In this document: in pieces, positions 21,472 through 32,356 of the stretch
How positions within the stretch are numbered: the stretch's first letter is position 1
Layout: each line of letters opens with the position of its first letter
NCBI GenBank assembly: GCA_946965045.2
Contig: OX337228.1
Coordinates: 6,448,001 to 6,512,000, forward strand
Direction: 5' to 3'
DNA length: 64,000 nucleotides
DNA from: Epithemia pelagica
Taxonomy: Eukaryota; Protista; Bacillariophyta
Position numbers and translations under genes: made by a program
Notes under the pieces: model-generated
The model's database searches: none
Seen by the model: the letters and a program-made list of their open reading frames with translations, nothing else
What the model was told of the DNA's origin: nothing

Positions 21472-21798
21472 ATGATGAAGCAATTCCTTGCCGCTCTTTT
21501 GGTTGCCAGTGCCGCCGCCTTTGCCCCTTCCCCAGTGGCCTTTGTCGCTCGTCCTTCCACGGTTCTCTATGGAGAAGTCGCCGATAAGGTCAAGGAAATC
21601 ATTGTCAGCCAATTGGGCGTCGATGCCGAAAAGGTTGTTGATGATGCCAAGTTCATTGATGACTTGGGTGCCGACTCGTTGGATACCGTCGAATTGATCA
21701 TGGCCATTGAAGAAGAATTCGACTGCGAAATCCCAGAAGAAGATGCCGCCAAAATCTCTCAAGTTTCGGAAGTCATTGCATTCGTCGAGGGCCTCTAA
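21472..21798 (+). CDS. ACP: Plastid acyl carrier protein
   Basis: [11 protein letters not shown] phosphopantetheine site; signal peptide plus ASAAA-FAP plastid motif. Confidence 0.96.
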   Translation: MMKQFLAALLVASAAAFAPSPVAFVARPSTVLYGEVADKVKEIIVSQLGVDAEKVVDDAKFIDDLGADSLDTVELIMAIEEEFDCEIPEEDAAKISQVSEVIAFVEGL

Positions 21799-22348
21799 GA
21801 GAGATCCAACAGGAGATTGAGACACGTACTGGATGCTTCTCCTCCGGTTGGGAGAGGAATGCGCCAGACAAGAAGAAGATACACAAGTACTACTACTACT
21901 ACGATAAGCAAGACACCAAGACTAAGCTTACCGACTAATGTGGGATGAATAATAAAATGAGAATGGGTGAATGCCTTCTCTTTTTGATCTTGACGACTTT
22001 CATTGCACTTGATCCCTTCCTTTAGATCCTGCTTCTTTGATGGTAGGAGTAGTTGGCAGCTCCAGGTTCGATTGTCGTCTCTCTTTCCTTTCGCTACGCA
22101 TAGACGAGGTAGATTGTGGGTCGCTTCTTATATCCAGTCGCTGAAACATTTCGTGACAGAACTCCCGCCAATGCGGACCATGTTGTCAAGGATCAAGGAG
22201 CATTTGTTGTGGGTTAGATCCTTGTCTTCTCACCTTGTTGTCTGCTCCACACAAACAACCGCAAGCCAACGCACAGTGTTTGTGACCACACGTCCTCTGC
22301 AAGGCCTTTCTGCTCTCCACCAGTCGGTCCGTTCTGTGCTGGATCATC

Positions 22349-24676
22349 ATGTCGTCCGCTGCGGCCATGCGAAAAGGACTCTCCTCCTCATTGTGTGAAT
22401 GGTTGGAGGACTGTCCGGTTCAAGTCCAGGGTGAGGACGACGAAGATTTCGACTTGGACCAAAACAACAACGACGACAACGACAACGAGGAAGAGTATGA
22501 ATACCTCACACCGGGTCCAGCCTTGCAAGCCTGTTCGGGATGCGATATTCATTTGCCAAAGTCGGCATGGGCAGCCTCGTCGAAAAAGGGAACTCAACCA
22601 CACAAGTATTTGGCCATTTTGCCGGGGATCCTCGACTGGGAACCACCCCCCAAACAAGAAAACGAACAACAGGCACCCACAGCCGTTGCAATGTGTTCTC
22701 AAGAGACGGAGGATCCTACTACTACCAACAACAACAACGATGCGGTACTTTCACAAGATTCCACTCTGTACTTGTCGTCTCAGCAGGAAGGCTTGGTTGT
22801 CGAGGAGGAGGACCCTGAAAAGCCTACCCACAACAACTCAAACATCAACAACAATAGCAATCCGACTCGCAAACCGTCCTTGGGGACGGTGCACAATTGG
22901 GAGTCGGATCAACCCACTCTGTCCTTGCCGCTGGCTGCCAATACTAAGAATGGCACCACCACCACCATGTTACAGATTCAAGGTCAAAAGATTTCGACGC
23001 GAACCAAATTTTTGGTCTTGTCTATTCAACCCAAAAAGAAACGGGTCGTTTGTAAACACATTTTTGACTCGGCCCTCGTCTTTGGCCAGGCACAACTCGT
23101 TCCAGCATCAACAGCAGCTGGATGCGCATCATCCTTGACCAATCAACAGGAACCAGACGGAGAACCACAAGACGACAAAGCGGCTCTTCCAGTTTTGTCG
23201 TCGTCGTTGTTGTCTCAAGAGGCAACGATTCGGGTGGAAGAACAACAAGAACAAGCAACCGTCGAACCGGGAGACGGTGGTAGGAGGGAACGTCCCTTTC
23301 AGCACTATGGTGTTTCCCTTCGAGCATCGTCGCAAAGTACTAGTCGAGGAAAATCATTGCTGCACACAACCACTTCCGCAACAACAACAACAGGTTCCCA
23401 CAAACCAACTGCCGGCCGCACTAGTACCAATCCACCAGCAGCGTCCGAGAACAAGGTCCCTAGTGAAAAGGATGAGACGGATGATGATGATTCATCCGTG
23501 GTGTCGTCGTCGGCAGCAGTGCCGGCTCCTCCCCTCTTGTCGTCCTTCTCCTCTCACGAAGAAGAGGACGAAGAGGACAACAAGGACGGTGCCAACGATG
23601 ATGAATATCGTCTAAAAACACCTGTATCTCTTTCGCAAAAACGAAATACACGACGGCAATCTCGAAAATCTGTCAAGTACACGGAAGAGGAGGAGCCAAT
23701 CGAGGATAGTGATACCGATGACGACGACGACGACGACAAATCCGAACAAGATGACAATGAGGAGAAAGATACGAAGCAATCCAGCACCAATCAAAGGAAA
23801 ACAGCAAAACGATCAAGAAGTACTCAAACGCAACAAGAAACAACAAAAACGACGACCGTCAATGCCAAGAGCAACAACAAGAAGAACATGAAGAAGAAAA
23901 GCATTCTCATGTCCTTGTCGTCGGACGATAGCCAGAGCCAAACATCCGATCATGACAGCGATTCCTCACACAGGGAGTTGCAAGAACGCCCCAGTCGAGC
24001 AACGACAACACCCAAATCGAATCGACCATCTCGTGCCAACAATTCGCGCAAGCGATCCATCAACGACAGGAAAGACGCAGACCACAAATATCAAGAAGAA
24101 GAAGAAGATGATGAAGATGATGATGATAATACTAGTGATGATGAGGATGGGGAAGAAAGCGGTTCGGATGATAAAGATACAAATGGACTTTCTGAGGCAA
24201 AGGGTACCAAGCGAACGCCCCGCTCTGGTCGACGGGCTAGTACGCGGCAGGAGCCATCCAAACGGCGAAAACCATCATTGGAGACGACCGCCAATAACAA
24301 GAAAAAGGCCAAAGGAAACAAGAACAACAACAAGGACAAGAATAATAATGAGGATGATGATATCTTTGATGAATCCAGTTCCAGCGAAAGCGTCGAGCGC
24401 CCGGAAAAGAGTCAATCCACCGAACGGAAACGAAAAGCACCACCAACCAGCATGAGCTCGTCGCCACGGACCGCTCCTTCTCCTCCCAAAGACAAGAACA
24501 AGAAAACAGCAGTCGAACCAAAAAGGAGTCTTGCCGTCACGACACCTCGGGCAACTTCTTCTTCTTCGCAGCGACGACGACGAACCGCATCCTCGTCATC
24601 ACCACTCAAGTCACCCACGGTGCTGCGAGACCTTGTTGTCGATGACAAGGACTACAACTTTTTGGGAGACAACTAA
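22349..24676 (+). CDS. RHL1-like protein (topoisomerase VI accessory subunit family) with a long disordered acidic/basic tail
   Basis: Blocks GCDI…KYLAILPGIL, LGTVHNWESDQPTLSL and LQIQG…TKFLVLSIQ…VVCKHIFDSALVFG match, in order, plant RHL1 as recalled (GTDI…RFLFSFPGLL, IGDL…NPVLYL, MKLFG…NRYLTLQF…VLCDDYFDNMIVFS). Confidence 0.72.
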   Translation: MSSAAAMRKGLSSSLCEWLEDCPVQVQGEDDEDFDLDQNNNDDNDNEEEYEYLTPGPALQACSGCDIHLPKSAWAASSKKGTQPHKYLAILPGILDWEPPPKQENEQQAPTAVAMCSQETEDPTTTNNNNDAVLSQDSTLYLSSQQEGLVVEEEDPEKPTHNNSNINNNSNPTRKPSLGTVHNWESDQPTLSLPLAANTKNGTTTTMLQIQGQKISTRTKFLVLSIQPKKKRVVCKHIFDSALVFGQAQLVPASTAAGCASSLTNQQEPDGEPQDDKAALPVLSSSLLSQEATIRVEEQQEQATVEPGDGGRRERPFQHYGVSLRASSQSTSRGKSLLHTTTSATTTTGSHKPTAGRTSTNPPAASENKVPSEKDETDDDDSSVVSSSAAVPAPPLLSSFSSHEEEDEEDNKDGANDDEYRLKTPVSLSQKRNTRRQSRKSVKYTEEEEPIEDSDTDDDDDDDKSEQDDNEEKDTKQSSTNQRKTAKRSRSTQTQQETTKTTTVNAKSNNKKNMKKKSILMSLSSDDSQSQTSDHDSDSSHRELQERPSRATTTPKSNRPSRANNSRKRSINDRKDADHKYQEEEEDDEDDDDNTSDDEDGEESGSDDKDTNGLSEAKGTKRTPRSGRRASTRQEPSKRRKPSLETTANNKKKAKGNKNNNKDKNNNEDDDIFDESSSSESVERPEKSQSTERKRKAPPTSMSSSPRTAPSPPKDKNKKTAVEPKRSLAVTTPRATSSSSQRRRRTASSSSPLKSPTVLRDLVVDDKDYNFLGDN

Positions 24677-24922
24677 TAATAAGAATGATTGGGTAATCAT
24701 TCAACCGTTTGGGGGGATTATTCGGGGTACTTCGTACAGAAGCGCTTGGAGGAGCGCCTATGCGATACAACTAGAGAGAATAATAGGGGAATGCTGGATA
24801 CCCGAAAACGAGTGTAGTAAAGAGGGTGTGACAAAACTGTTTTTTGTTTTTGGTAGTGCTGTGTATTAGTACGGCGACTCCTTGCCAACTTTACCCATTG
24901 GGCTGCTGCTACTGCTTGTGAT

Positions 24923-25927
24923 TCATCCAAGAAAGAAGGAACGACAGAGTTCGTAGCTCGTCATGGTAACGGTAGTGGCGGGTGCAATGTGCAAAACTCG
25001 AGCACCGGCTCCTCGAAACAAGCCGGACCACCCGCCTTCGTAGCGATAGGCATGGACCAGACATTCTTGAATGCCACCGTGATATGTTTTGTTGTGCAAC
25101 GAGGAAGATAATGATGATTGTTGTTGTTGTTGTTGACGAGATCGTTGGACTTGGAGACGTAATTTGGCCATATCCAAAGGACTGGTCAACCAGGATGCCA
25201 AGGAACCAGCCGTGGCACTACACGCCAAGGTCCAATAAAAGGGAATGGCTTGATGTGTATCTTGTTGTTGTTGTCGCTTGACGTGTGCCACGAATTGCTC
25301 GTAAAACAGAAAAAAGAATCCCGAATAGGTACCAAAGGACAAGAGTGTCGCTCCATATCCCTTGTACAAGGCGAGAATGCCTTCTGTTCGAGCAATGGTT
25401 CGAATGGCATCCGCACTGCCCGCATAGGCCATCTTGTCCGTACCGCGTTGGATTTGCAATCGTTCTTTAATGACGTCGACCGGAACATAAATGATGCAAG
25501 CAATCGCTTCAGCAATCATGCCAGACGAAAAGGAAATACCAAAGTCTACCAAGAGCGAGGAGGAAGAAGACCCATTCAACTGTCGTTGCCTTGTTGCCGT
25601 CAAGTGCTCCTTGGCCCAATCGTAACTGGTCAAATACAAGACCGTGCCTGGCGTTCCGCCCAAGACTACGGCGCCAAATCCACGATACAATCCGGCCAAT
25701 CCTTCGAGTTGCAAGGTGGATCGTAACACATGAAAGGGGCCTTTGTAAGCCATGGTAGTAGACGTAGACGGAGTGGTTGGAAGAGGAGCTTGCAATCGAG
25801 CCTTGGCCGTATCGAGGGGATGCGTGACAATGCGAGCCATGATACCGGCTGCTGCGGAAGAAACTAGATTGATCCACAACAGCGGCGATGAGGAAGAGCC
25901 TCCTTGAGCGTTCTTGTCGTTCGACAT
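24923..25927 (-). CDS. Mitochondrial carrier family (SLC25) protein
   Basis: Three PX[D/E]XXKXR[L/M]Q signatures (HPLDTAKARLQ, VPVDVIKERLQ, SPLDMAKLRLQ). Confidence 0.93.
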   Translation of the reverse strand: MSNDKNAQGGSSSSPLLWINLVSSAAAGIMARIVTHPLDTAKARLQAPLPTTPSTSTTMAYKGPFHVLRSTLQLEGLAGLYRGFGAVVLGGTPGTVLYLTSYDWAKEHLTATRQRQLNGSSSSSLLVDFGISFSSGMIAEAIACIIYVPVDVIKERLQIQRGTDKMAYAGSADAIRTIARTEGILALYKGYGATLLSFGTYSGFFFLFYEQFVAHVKRQQQQDTHQAIPFYWTLACSATAGSLASWLTSPLDMAKLRLQVQRSRQQQQQQSSLSSSLHNKTYHGGIQECLVHAYRYEGGWSGLFRGAGARVLHIAPATTVTMTSYELCRSFFLG

Positions 25928-25950
25928 GGAGTGGAGAAGATGGGAAAGAG

Positions 25951-26224
25951 GTGGATTCTCTTACGGTTGTCGTCGAGTTTGCCTCTTGTCACTTCTGTTG
26001 TCATTTGAGATTGGGATTTGGGATGAACATCAGCCTTAACAGCGATAGAGATCCGCGACCTGTTAAATCGCGAAAAATCTTTGGCCGGGAGCCGGGACCC
26101 ACCAATCACCAATCACCATCCATCCATCACAGAATTCTTGATCCATCGAAGAGACCATGGCCGAAGCAACCGCCGCATCCAAAGAAACCAAAGTTGGCAA
26201 CAACAACAACAAGGATGAAAAGAA
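25951..26224 (+). pseudogene. Duplicated promoter and 5' stub of the SAICAR synthetase gene (MAEATAASKETKVGNNNNKDEK)
   Basis: Matches 30206-30494; homology stops after 22 codons. Confidence 0.85.
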
Positions 26225-26696
26225 TACAGGGCCGAATGGCACGACATTTATCAACCGGCCGTGCACCAACAGCAACAACCGCCACTGCCACCATAATGAT
26301 AATCATCATCACGAACCCGCACAGCACACCATGATTAGAGAGAGAGAGGGAGATTGGGAGAGAGTTCCTGCCTCCTTGGTGGTTCCACACTCCGACAACA
26401 ACGCAACAACAACAACACAACAACAGATTCTCGTTCGGCACTCTACTACAAGTAGACGTACCGAAGCAGGCCACCACCACCATTCCATGGTTCTCTACGG
26501 TCGTCCACCTACCTGGACCTGCAATGTCTACAATCCTTCTACTCTCGGCCACCCCAGTAGGTTCCTCACGTGTATAGTGTCTCGTCTCGTGTGTACCAAA
26601 CACTCCTACCCACTCGAGAGGGACAAACGAAAAGGGACGGTGTTGCCGTTGCGAATCGCTAATAGCGCTCTCACATCGTTTGGTGGCCCATTGTCT

Positions 26697-27262
26697 TTTT
26701 CTTCTTTTCTTCATGACAGATTCCTTCCTTTGATGTTTCTGGATTGTAACCCAGGAGCGATTCAAAAAGAGACATCATTGTCTCTCATTGTAGAGAGCCG
26801 AACGAATGGTTGTCTTGTCCATCAAACCGAAAAGAATCATAGTGGATAATGCGCAAGTTCATAAAAAAGAGAGAAGAACCCTAAAGATTTCGACAGGTTT
26901 CGCCATATCATTACATTAATCGACCTTGTCGTGAAACTCGGCCGCGTTCGATCGGGTTTCCAGTTGTGTGAATCGCTAGCCCTCTCAAATCGTTTGGTAG
27001 CTCATTGTTTTCTTCTTTTTCTTGGCAGATCCCGCTTCCTGGACTGTACCCAGGAGCGATTCAAGGAGATATTTCTCTTTCTCACACACAATTTCCTAGA
27101 GAGCCAATAGTTGTCTTGTCCATCAAAGCCAAAAAGAATCATACTGTAGTGGACAACGCACAAGTTCATAGAAAAGAGAGAAGAACCCAAAAACATAGAC
27201 AGGGTACGCCATATCTTTATATTAGTCGACAACTCGGCCGCGTGCGATCGGGTTTCCCGTTG
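26697..27262. repeat. Diverged tandem duplication of about 260 bp (26697-26966 vs 27008-27262) at the 3' end of the HDAC fragment
   Basis: Shared blocks such as ACCCAGGAGCGATTCAA, GTTGTCTTGTCCATCAAA and AACTCGGCCGCGT.CGATCGGGTTTCC. Confidence 0.85.
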
Positions 27263-27625
27263 TTGATCGGTGGGAGTTTCCTCGTCTTCGGGCGCTCGTC
27301 GACGAAAGGGTGGAGGGAGCTGTTGAATAGCGACATTGGGAGCTCCCTGCAAACCTTGTAATTGTTGAAGCAACTCGATTCGGACACCCTCCAATACATC
27401 TTTGCGATTCGTGTTTTCCATGGTGGGTTCCGGCGTCAAATGAAGTTCGTATTCGGGAGCGTAATACTCGTAATAATCATTGTAGGAAATATCATTCGGT
27501 ACTTCCCGATCCAACAAGAACGCCGTTTCGTAGGCCCAACATCATGCCACGTTTCGAATGGTGTAGCCCCCTCCCCCAACACGAGCGTGGGAACTCCAAA
27601 GCTCTTGACATATGCAACGCTCTGC
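27225..27625 (-). pseudogene. 5'-truncated class I histone deacetylase (RPD3/HDAC1-like) fragment
   Basis: VAYVKSFGVPTLVLG[-1][45 protein letters not shown]; one G lost at 27573-27577; TGA at 27544-27542 where R is expected. Confidence 0.88.
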
Positions 27626-27819
27626 TTCAGTTGCATTGTCATCCCCAAGACTTTGATTTTCCCGAGCAAAAGTCTCTCTCAACAGGCTTGTTGCTGCAAC
27701 TCTTGCAGGTGAGCCTGATTCACAACTGACATTCGCGCATGGTCAACTTCTTCCGAGTCTCGTAAGGTGACGTGGGTTGAACCGTTCGAAAACCCCAATG
27801 CCCTGATGACACGGGAAAG

Positions 27820-27899
27820 CGTGAGCAAAAAAGAGAAGTAAGCGTACGATTACTTCTCTCTTTGCTTACGAACGCTTACTTCTCTCTTTGCTTACGCTT
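27820..27899. repeat. Local inverted-plus-direct repeat cluster (one reverse and two forward copies of about 21-25 bp)
   Basis: TTACTTCTCTCTTTGCTTACG at 27850-27870 and 27876-27896; near reverse complement at 27820-27845. Confidence 0.85.
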
Positions 27900-28823
27900 C
27901 CCGTGTCATTTAGTGAATGTGCAAGGCAGACGACGTAGCATTTCAAGTTCATCAAACAAGGAAAATCAATCCAACGATGAAAAATACGACCGACTCCGTT
28001 GGTATTGGATCGTTCCGAAGCAAACGGGCAACAATTTATCCGGCGTGAGACACAATTCTCGCAGTAGCAATCCTATTTCTTTCACAAGAGCAAAAGATCA
28101 GCTTACCTCAAATAGTGTGGTTGATCGAGCGACTGCAACATGTCTATAAAACTCTAGTTGCTTGGATTGAAACGTTTCCAACATTTGGTGAGAATATCCT
28201 ACTGGGAGAACATGAAGACAATGAAAACGCCAGTTTTATAGACATGATCTAACGTCCTGCTACGAAAAGAGGTCATGGCTCTACTTGCAATCCAAGCAAA
28301 TAGAGTCATGACGTCTTCTCGTTGCAGGACATCATTTTCATCGAACATCGTCTTATTCTCACCAATGACGACATTGTTTTTGGTACTGTTGCTCAAGCTA
28401 AGGACACATGCTAATCACAGACTTACCGCATATTCCTTTTTCGTCTCCTTCCTTCGATTCCGGTTCAGGTGATTCACTTTGGAGATGGTCTTTTCGTTTT
28501 TTGCGTCGAGTTGAGAAAGAGAAGAGAGAAGATCAGATGTCGGTTTGGTGCTATCGCGTAGAAGGTCTCTTGGATTTTGGTGGTCCACGAACTGTGACTC
28601 AACAGGATTCGACGCCCCAATCCCAATCGGTTAGGCATCGGGAGTCAGGGGTACCTTACCCTACACAGCAAGGGACGGCGGGAACTGAGTCTTTGTTCTG
28701 GACCATGGAGAGTAAAGTCAAGATCGGAGGCGGTGATTAACCTTTTCTACTCGTACAATACCTAGAGCTAGAGCTAGTACAATAGAGGCAGTAACAGTCA
28801 GTAAGCAGTAATCGAAACAATTA

Positions 28824-28859
28824 CAAATCCCAAATCCCAAATCCCAAATCCCAAATCCC
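28824..28859. repeat. (CAAATCC)5 heptamer microsatellite
   Basis: Counted directly from the sequence. Confidence 0.9.
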
Positions 28860-29724
28860 GCATTCAAAAGCAAAGACATGGAACAGAACTGGCAGCCGGG
28901 GATGATAAATAATGATAACACTCATGTCTTTTTCTGTATCTCGAGCATCTGGATTCTACGTCCACCACTGTCTACCATACAGCATGACGGCGGGAACTAC
29001 TCCTTACTCCCAAGTCATTACGACTACACTATCTAGAACATCTGGAATCTCGATACTACGTCGACTATCGTCCATGTCATCGTTCCCTGTTCCCTGGCAT
29101 CTTTCTGCACAATCTGTTGGATCAAAGAACAAATAATAACGTTGGGGTTGGGCCTTATCGTTACCTTGTTGCTTGTCGTAGTAATAGTAGTCATATTGGG
29201 CCAATATTCATTCTTCATACTTCATATCCTTCTTCTTCGGTGTGTGCGTGTTCCGGTTCTAGGGCGACCGCAATGCGTCACGTGCTCTCTGTGCTCTACC
29301 AGATGTGTGATGGTGATGTCATTGCCAGTTTTCCCCCAAGTTATATCCTCCAAGTAAAGCAAAAGATTGGATCTAATAGAACACTATATACCAAGGACAT
29401 GATAATCTCTGCAGGAAGGAAGGAAGGAGGGTGGTTAACCATGTTCTTCCTCCTCTGGAATTCATACTCCTAGCAATCGAACCAAGCAAAACCAAGTCCT
29501 CTGTGGAGCGCATACGTCGCACCATGCGACACAACAAGCGAGGATCCAAAAAAGGCCCATGCATCTCGCTATCCGAACGTGGATCCCCGGACCAGAGGTA
29601 CCGGTCGATGATCCACAGTGGGATTGGGTCTGATGAATCTTTTGTGTCTTGTTGCTGCTCATGTTGTGATTGTTGTTGGGCCCTTATCGTCGTCGTCTTT
29701 TTGACCAATTTCACCCACTCCCAA

Positions 29725-30201
29725 TCAATCGACCCGATGCCTTGCCACACGAAACGACATGACCGGATTCCACGACATAGGCCGATGAATCGTAGCCGGC
29801 AAAGGCCGACACAATGGCTGCATCCTTTTCACAAACCATGCGATGCGCAAGATATGGAGGGGAATCTCCTCCTTGACAGGGTTCCAAGAAATACCGGCAC
29901 TGGCAGCCGAGTCGACTGTCGCCGTGGCTCGGCTCCCCGGACTCTCCTGCGGGTCGGTGGCACTACCAGATCCCATGGCGAAACGCGGGCATGTGAACGA
30001 GACTTCGACGGGGGAACAGAATCGTTGCCTTGATGCCGTTGTTACCGTCAAGTGTTCCTTGGCCCAATCGTAACTGGTCAAGTACAAGACAGTGCCTAGC
30101 GTTCCGCCCAAGACCACGGCGCCAAATCCACGATACAATCCAGCCAATCCTTCGAGTTGCAAGGTGGATCGTAACACATTAAAGGGGCCTTTGTAAGCCA
30201 T
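29725..30201 (-). pseudogene. Chimeric ORF: internal mitochondrial carrier fragment fused to unrelated sequence
   Basis: 30022-30203 matches 25583-25755 (MAYKGPF.VLRSTLQLEGLAGLYRGFGAVVLGGT.GTVLYLTSYDWAKEHLT). Confidence 0.85.
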
Positions 30202-30420
30202 GGCTTTGGATTGCTGTACGATCGTCGTCGAGTTTGCATTCTTGTCATTTGGGATGGAGAATTTTGGATGTTACGTCAACCTTAACAGCGACAGATCAGC
30301 GAGCTTTAAATCGCGAAGAATCTTTGGCCAGCCGGGACCCCCGGGACCGGGACCCATCACCAATCACCATCCATCCATCCCACAGAATTCTTGGAGAGAG
30401 AGAAATCCATCGAAAAGACC

Positions 30421-32031
30421 ATGGCCAAAGCAACCGCCGCATCCAAAGAAACCAAAGTTGGCAACAACAACAACAACAACAAGGATGAAAAGAAAAAAGA
30501 AGCCATTTGCGTTCATCTCTGGATTGCGGACAGCTCCTTGTCCTTGTTTGCCAACGCCATTGGTGAGCAATTGGCGGCGCGTTATGGCATTCATCAGGTT
30601 CTGGTTCGATCGGCCGACATTCCCGTATCGCAATTGTTATCCTCGACGACGACTGATCCATCCTCGGTGGACCAGCCACTGCTATTGTATGTGTTTGTGG
30701 GTCCTCCAACCTTTGCCACATCTGTCTTGGAACGTGAATCATCGATTCCTCTCTTGACCATTCCCCATACTGTTACTTCCACTACTACCACAGCCGCTGT
30801 TCCAACTGAGCCATCTGCTTCTTCTTCTTCCTCCTCCTCCTTGACGAGGGAAGCAGACGAAGTGGCCTTGACCATTGCCAAACATTGTTCCTTGGCTTCG
30901 ACATCGTTGCGACAAACCGTTCGAGATGCTGTGATGGCTCGAAATCAAGCTCGTATCATTCAAGACGTTCAACTCAAGACTGAATCCTATTTGTATCGAA
31001 CTGCCATTGCCAATTGTTATGATGCAAACAACCAAATCACGGGAGATGACATTGTCCTGTCTGCGAATGATACTGCTGCTAGTAATACTACAACCTTGCC
31101 CGAACGACAACGAGGCAAAGTACGCGATCGGTACGAAACCAGCGACAGCCATCGTGTAGCATTGGTTACGACTGATCGCCAATCGGGCTTTGATCGCATC
31201 TTGGCGCAAGTTCCCTTCAAGGGCGCCGTTCTGAATTTGACATCGGCCTATTGGTTTCAAGCTACGGCACACATTATTCCCAATCATGCCATTTCCATTC
31301 CTCATCCCTATGTGACTGTGGCACACAAGTGTCGTCCTTTTCCTATTGAATTTGTCGTGCGAGCTTACTTGACTGGCTCCACATCGACATCAATTTGGAA
31401 ACATTATCAAAATGGCGTTCGCAACTATTGTGGACACGACTTGCCCGATGGCATGGTCAAGAATCAACCCTTGTCCAGCACGCTCTTGACACCCACCACC
31501 AAGGAAACCGATCATGATCGACCCATTTCGGCCGAGGACATTTTGAAAGAAGAATGGATGACGGCGGAAGATTTCCAGGTGTGTGCCACGGCTGCCCTGG
31601 AAATTTTTAAAGTGGGACAAGAATTGGCCGCACGTCGGGGATTGATTTTGGTCGATACAAAATACGAATTTGGTCGTCATGTGGAAACAGGTGAAATCCT
31701 CTTGATTGATGAAGTCCATACACCCGATTCGTCTCGATACTGGTTGGCCAGTACCTATCCGCAACGCATGGAGCAAGGGTTGGAGCCGGACAATATTGAT
31801 AAGGAATTTTTGCGATTGTGGTTTCGCCAACAGTGCGATCCCTACAATCACAAGGAACCACTGCCCGAAGCACCACGAGACTTGGTGGTGGAATTGTCAC
31901 GACGATATATTCTCTTGTATGAACTCATTTCGGGACAATCCTTTGATTTCGCGACAATGACGACCGGAGAAGCTGGTATTCAACAGGTCCTGCAACAAGA
32001 ATTTGGTGTCCAGGTAAACAAAGACAAGTAG
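30421..32031 (+). CDS. purC: SAICAR synthetase (PurC/ADE1) with an N-terminal degenerate PurE-like domain
   Basis: RGKVRDRY…TDRQSGFDRIL..VPFKGAVLN…PIEFVVRAYLTGST…LVDTKYEFG…LIDEVHTPDSSRYW…DKEFLRLW. Confidence 0.93.
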   Translation: MAKATAASKETKVGNNNNNNKDEKKKEAICVHLWIADSSLSLFANAIGEQLAARYGIHQVLVRSADIPVSQLLSSTTTDPSSVDQPLLLYVFVGPPTFATSVLERESSIPLLTIPHTVTSTTTTAAVPTEPSASSSSSSSLTREADEVALTIAKHCSLASTSLRQTVRDAVMARNQARIIQDVQLKTESYLYRTAIANCYDANNQITGDDIVLSANDTAASNTTTLPERQRGKVRDRYETSDSHRVALVTTDRQSGFDRILAQVPFKGAVLNLTSAYWFQATAHIIPNHAISIPHPYVTVAHKCRPFPIEFVVRAYLTGSTSTSIWKHYQNGVRNYCGHDLPDGMVKNQPLSSTLLTPTTKETDHDRPISAEDILKEEWMTAEDFQVCATAALEIFKVGQELAARRGLILVDTKYEFGRHVETGEILLIDEVHTPDSSRYWLASTYPQRMEQGLEPDNIDKEFLRLWFRQQCDPYNHKEPLPEAPRDLVVELSRRYILLYELISGQSFDFATMTTGEAGIQQVLQQEFGVQVNKDK

Positions 32032-32356
32032 TGGCGTAGCTGCATAAACAAGGGAAATGGACACGTAGTTTCCAGGAGTCTACCAAAGGAGCGTTGGAAG
32101 GGGAGGGATATACCATGTTTCTTGAAAGTGGCATGTAGTGATGCTTCTACTACTTGACAGTTCTATGGGTTCTTTCCTCTCGCTACCTGCTTAAAGATTC
32201 GAAAAAGTATGTGCAGTCTCTGTCAACATTGAGCATCGAGACTGCAATATTCGTTGCCACTATACTCATTGAAGATTCAATCAATTCGTCATCTTTCCAC
32301 AATCTTTGGGCATTCGTTCTTGTGAATCCAAGACACGGTCGTTCGCTCGTCAATTT

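Noticed and set aside
28824-28859. Interstitial telomeric repeat
   Set aside because: The unit is GGGATTT/TTTGGGA, not a rotation of TTAGGG or TTTAGGG.
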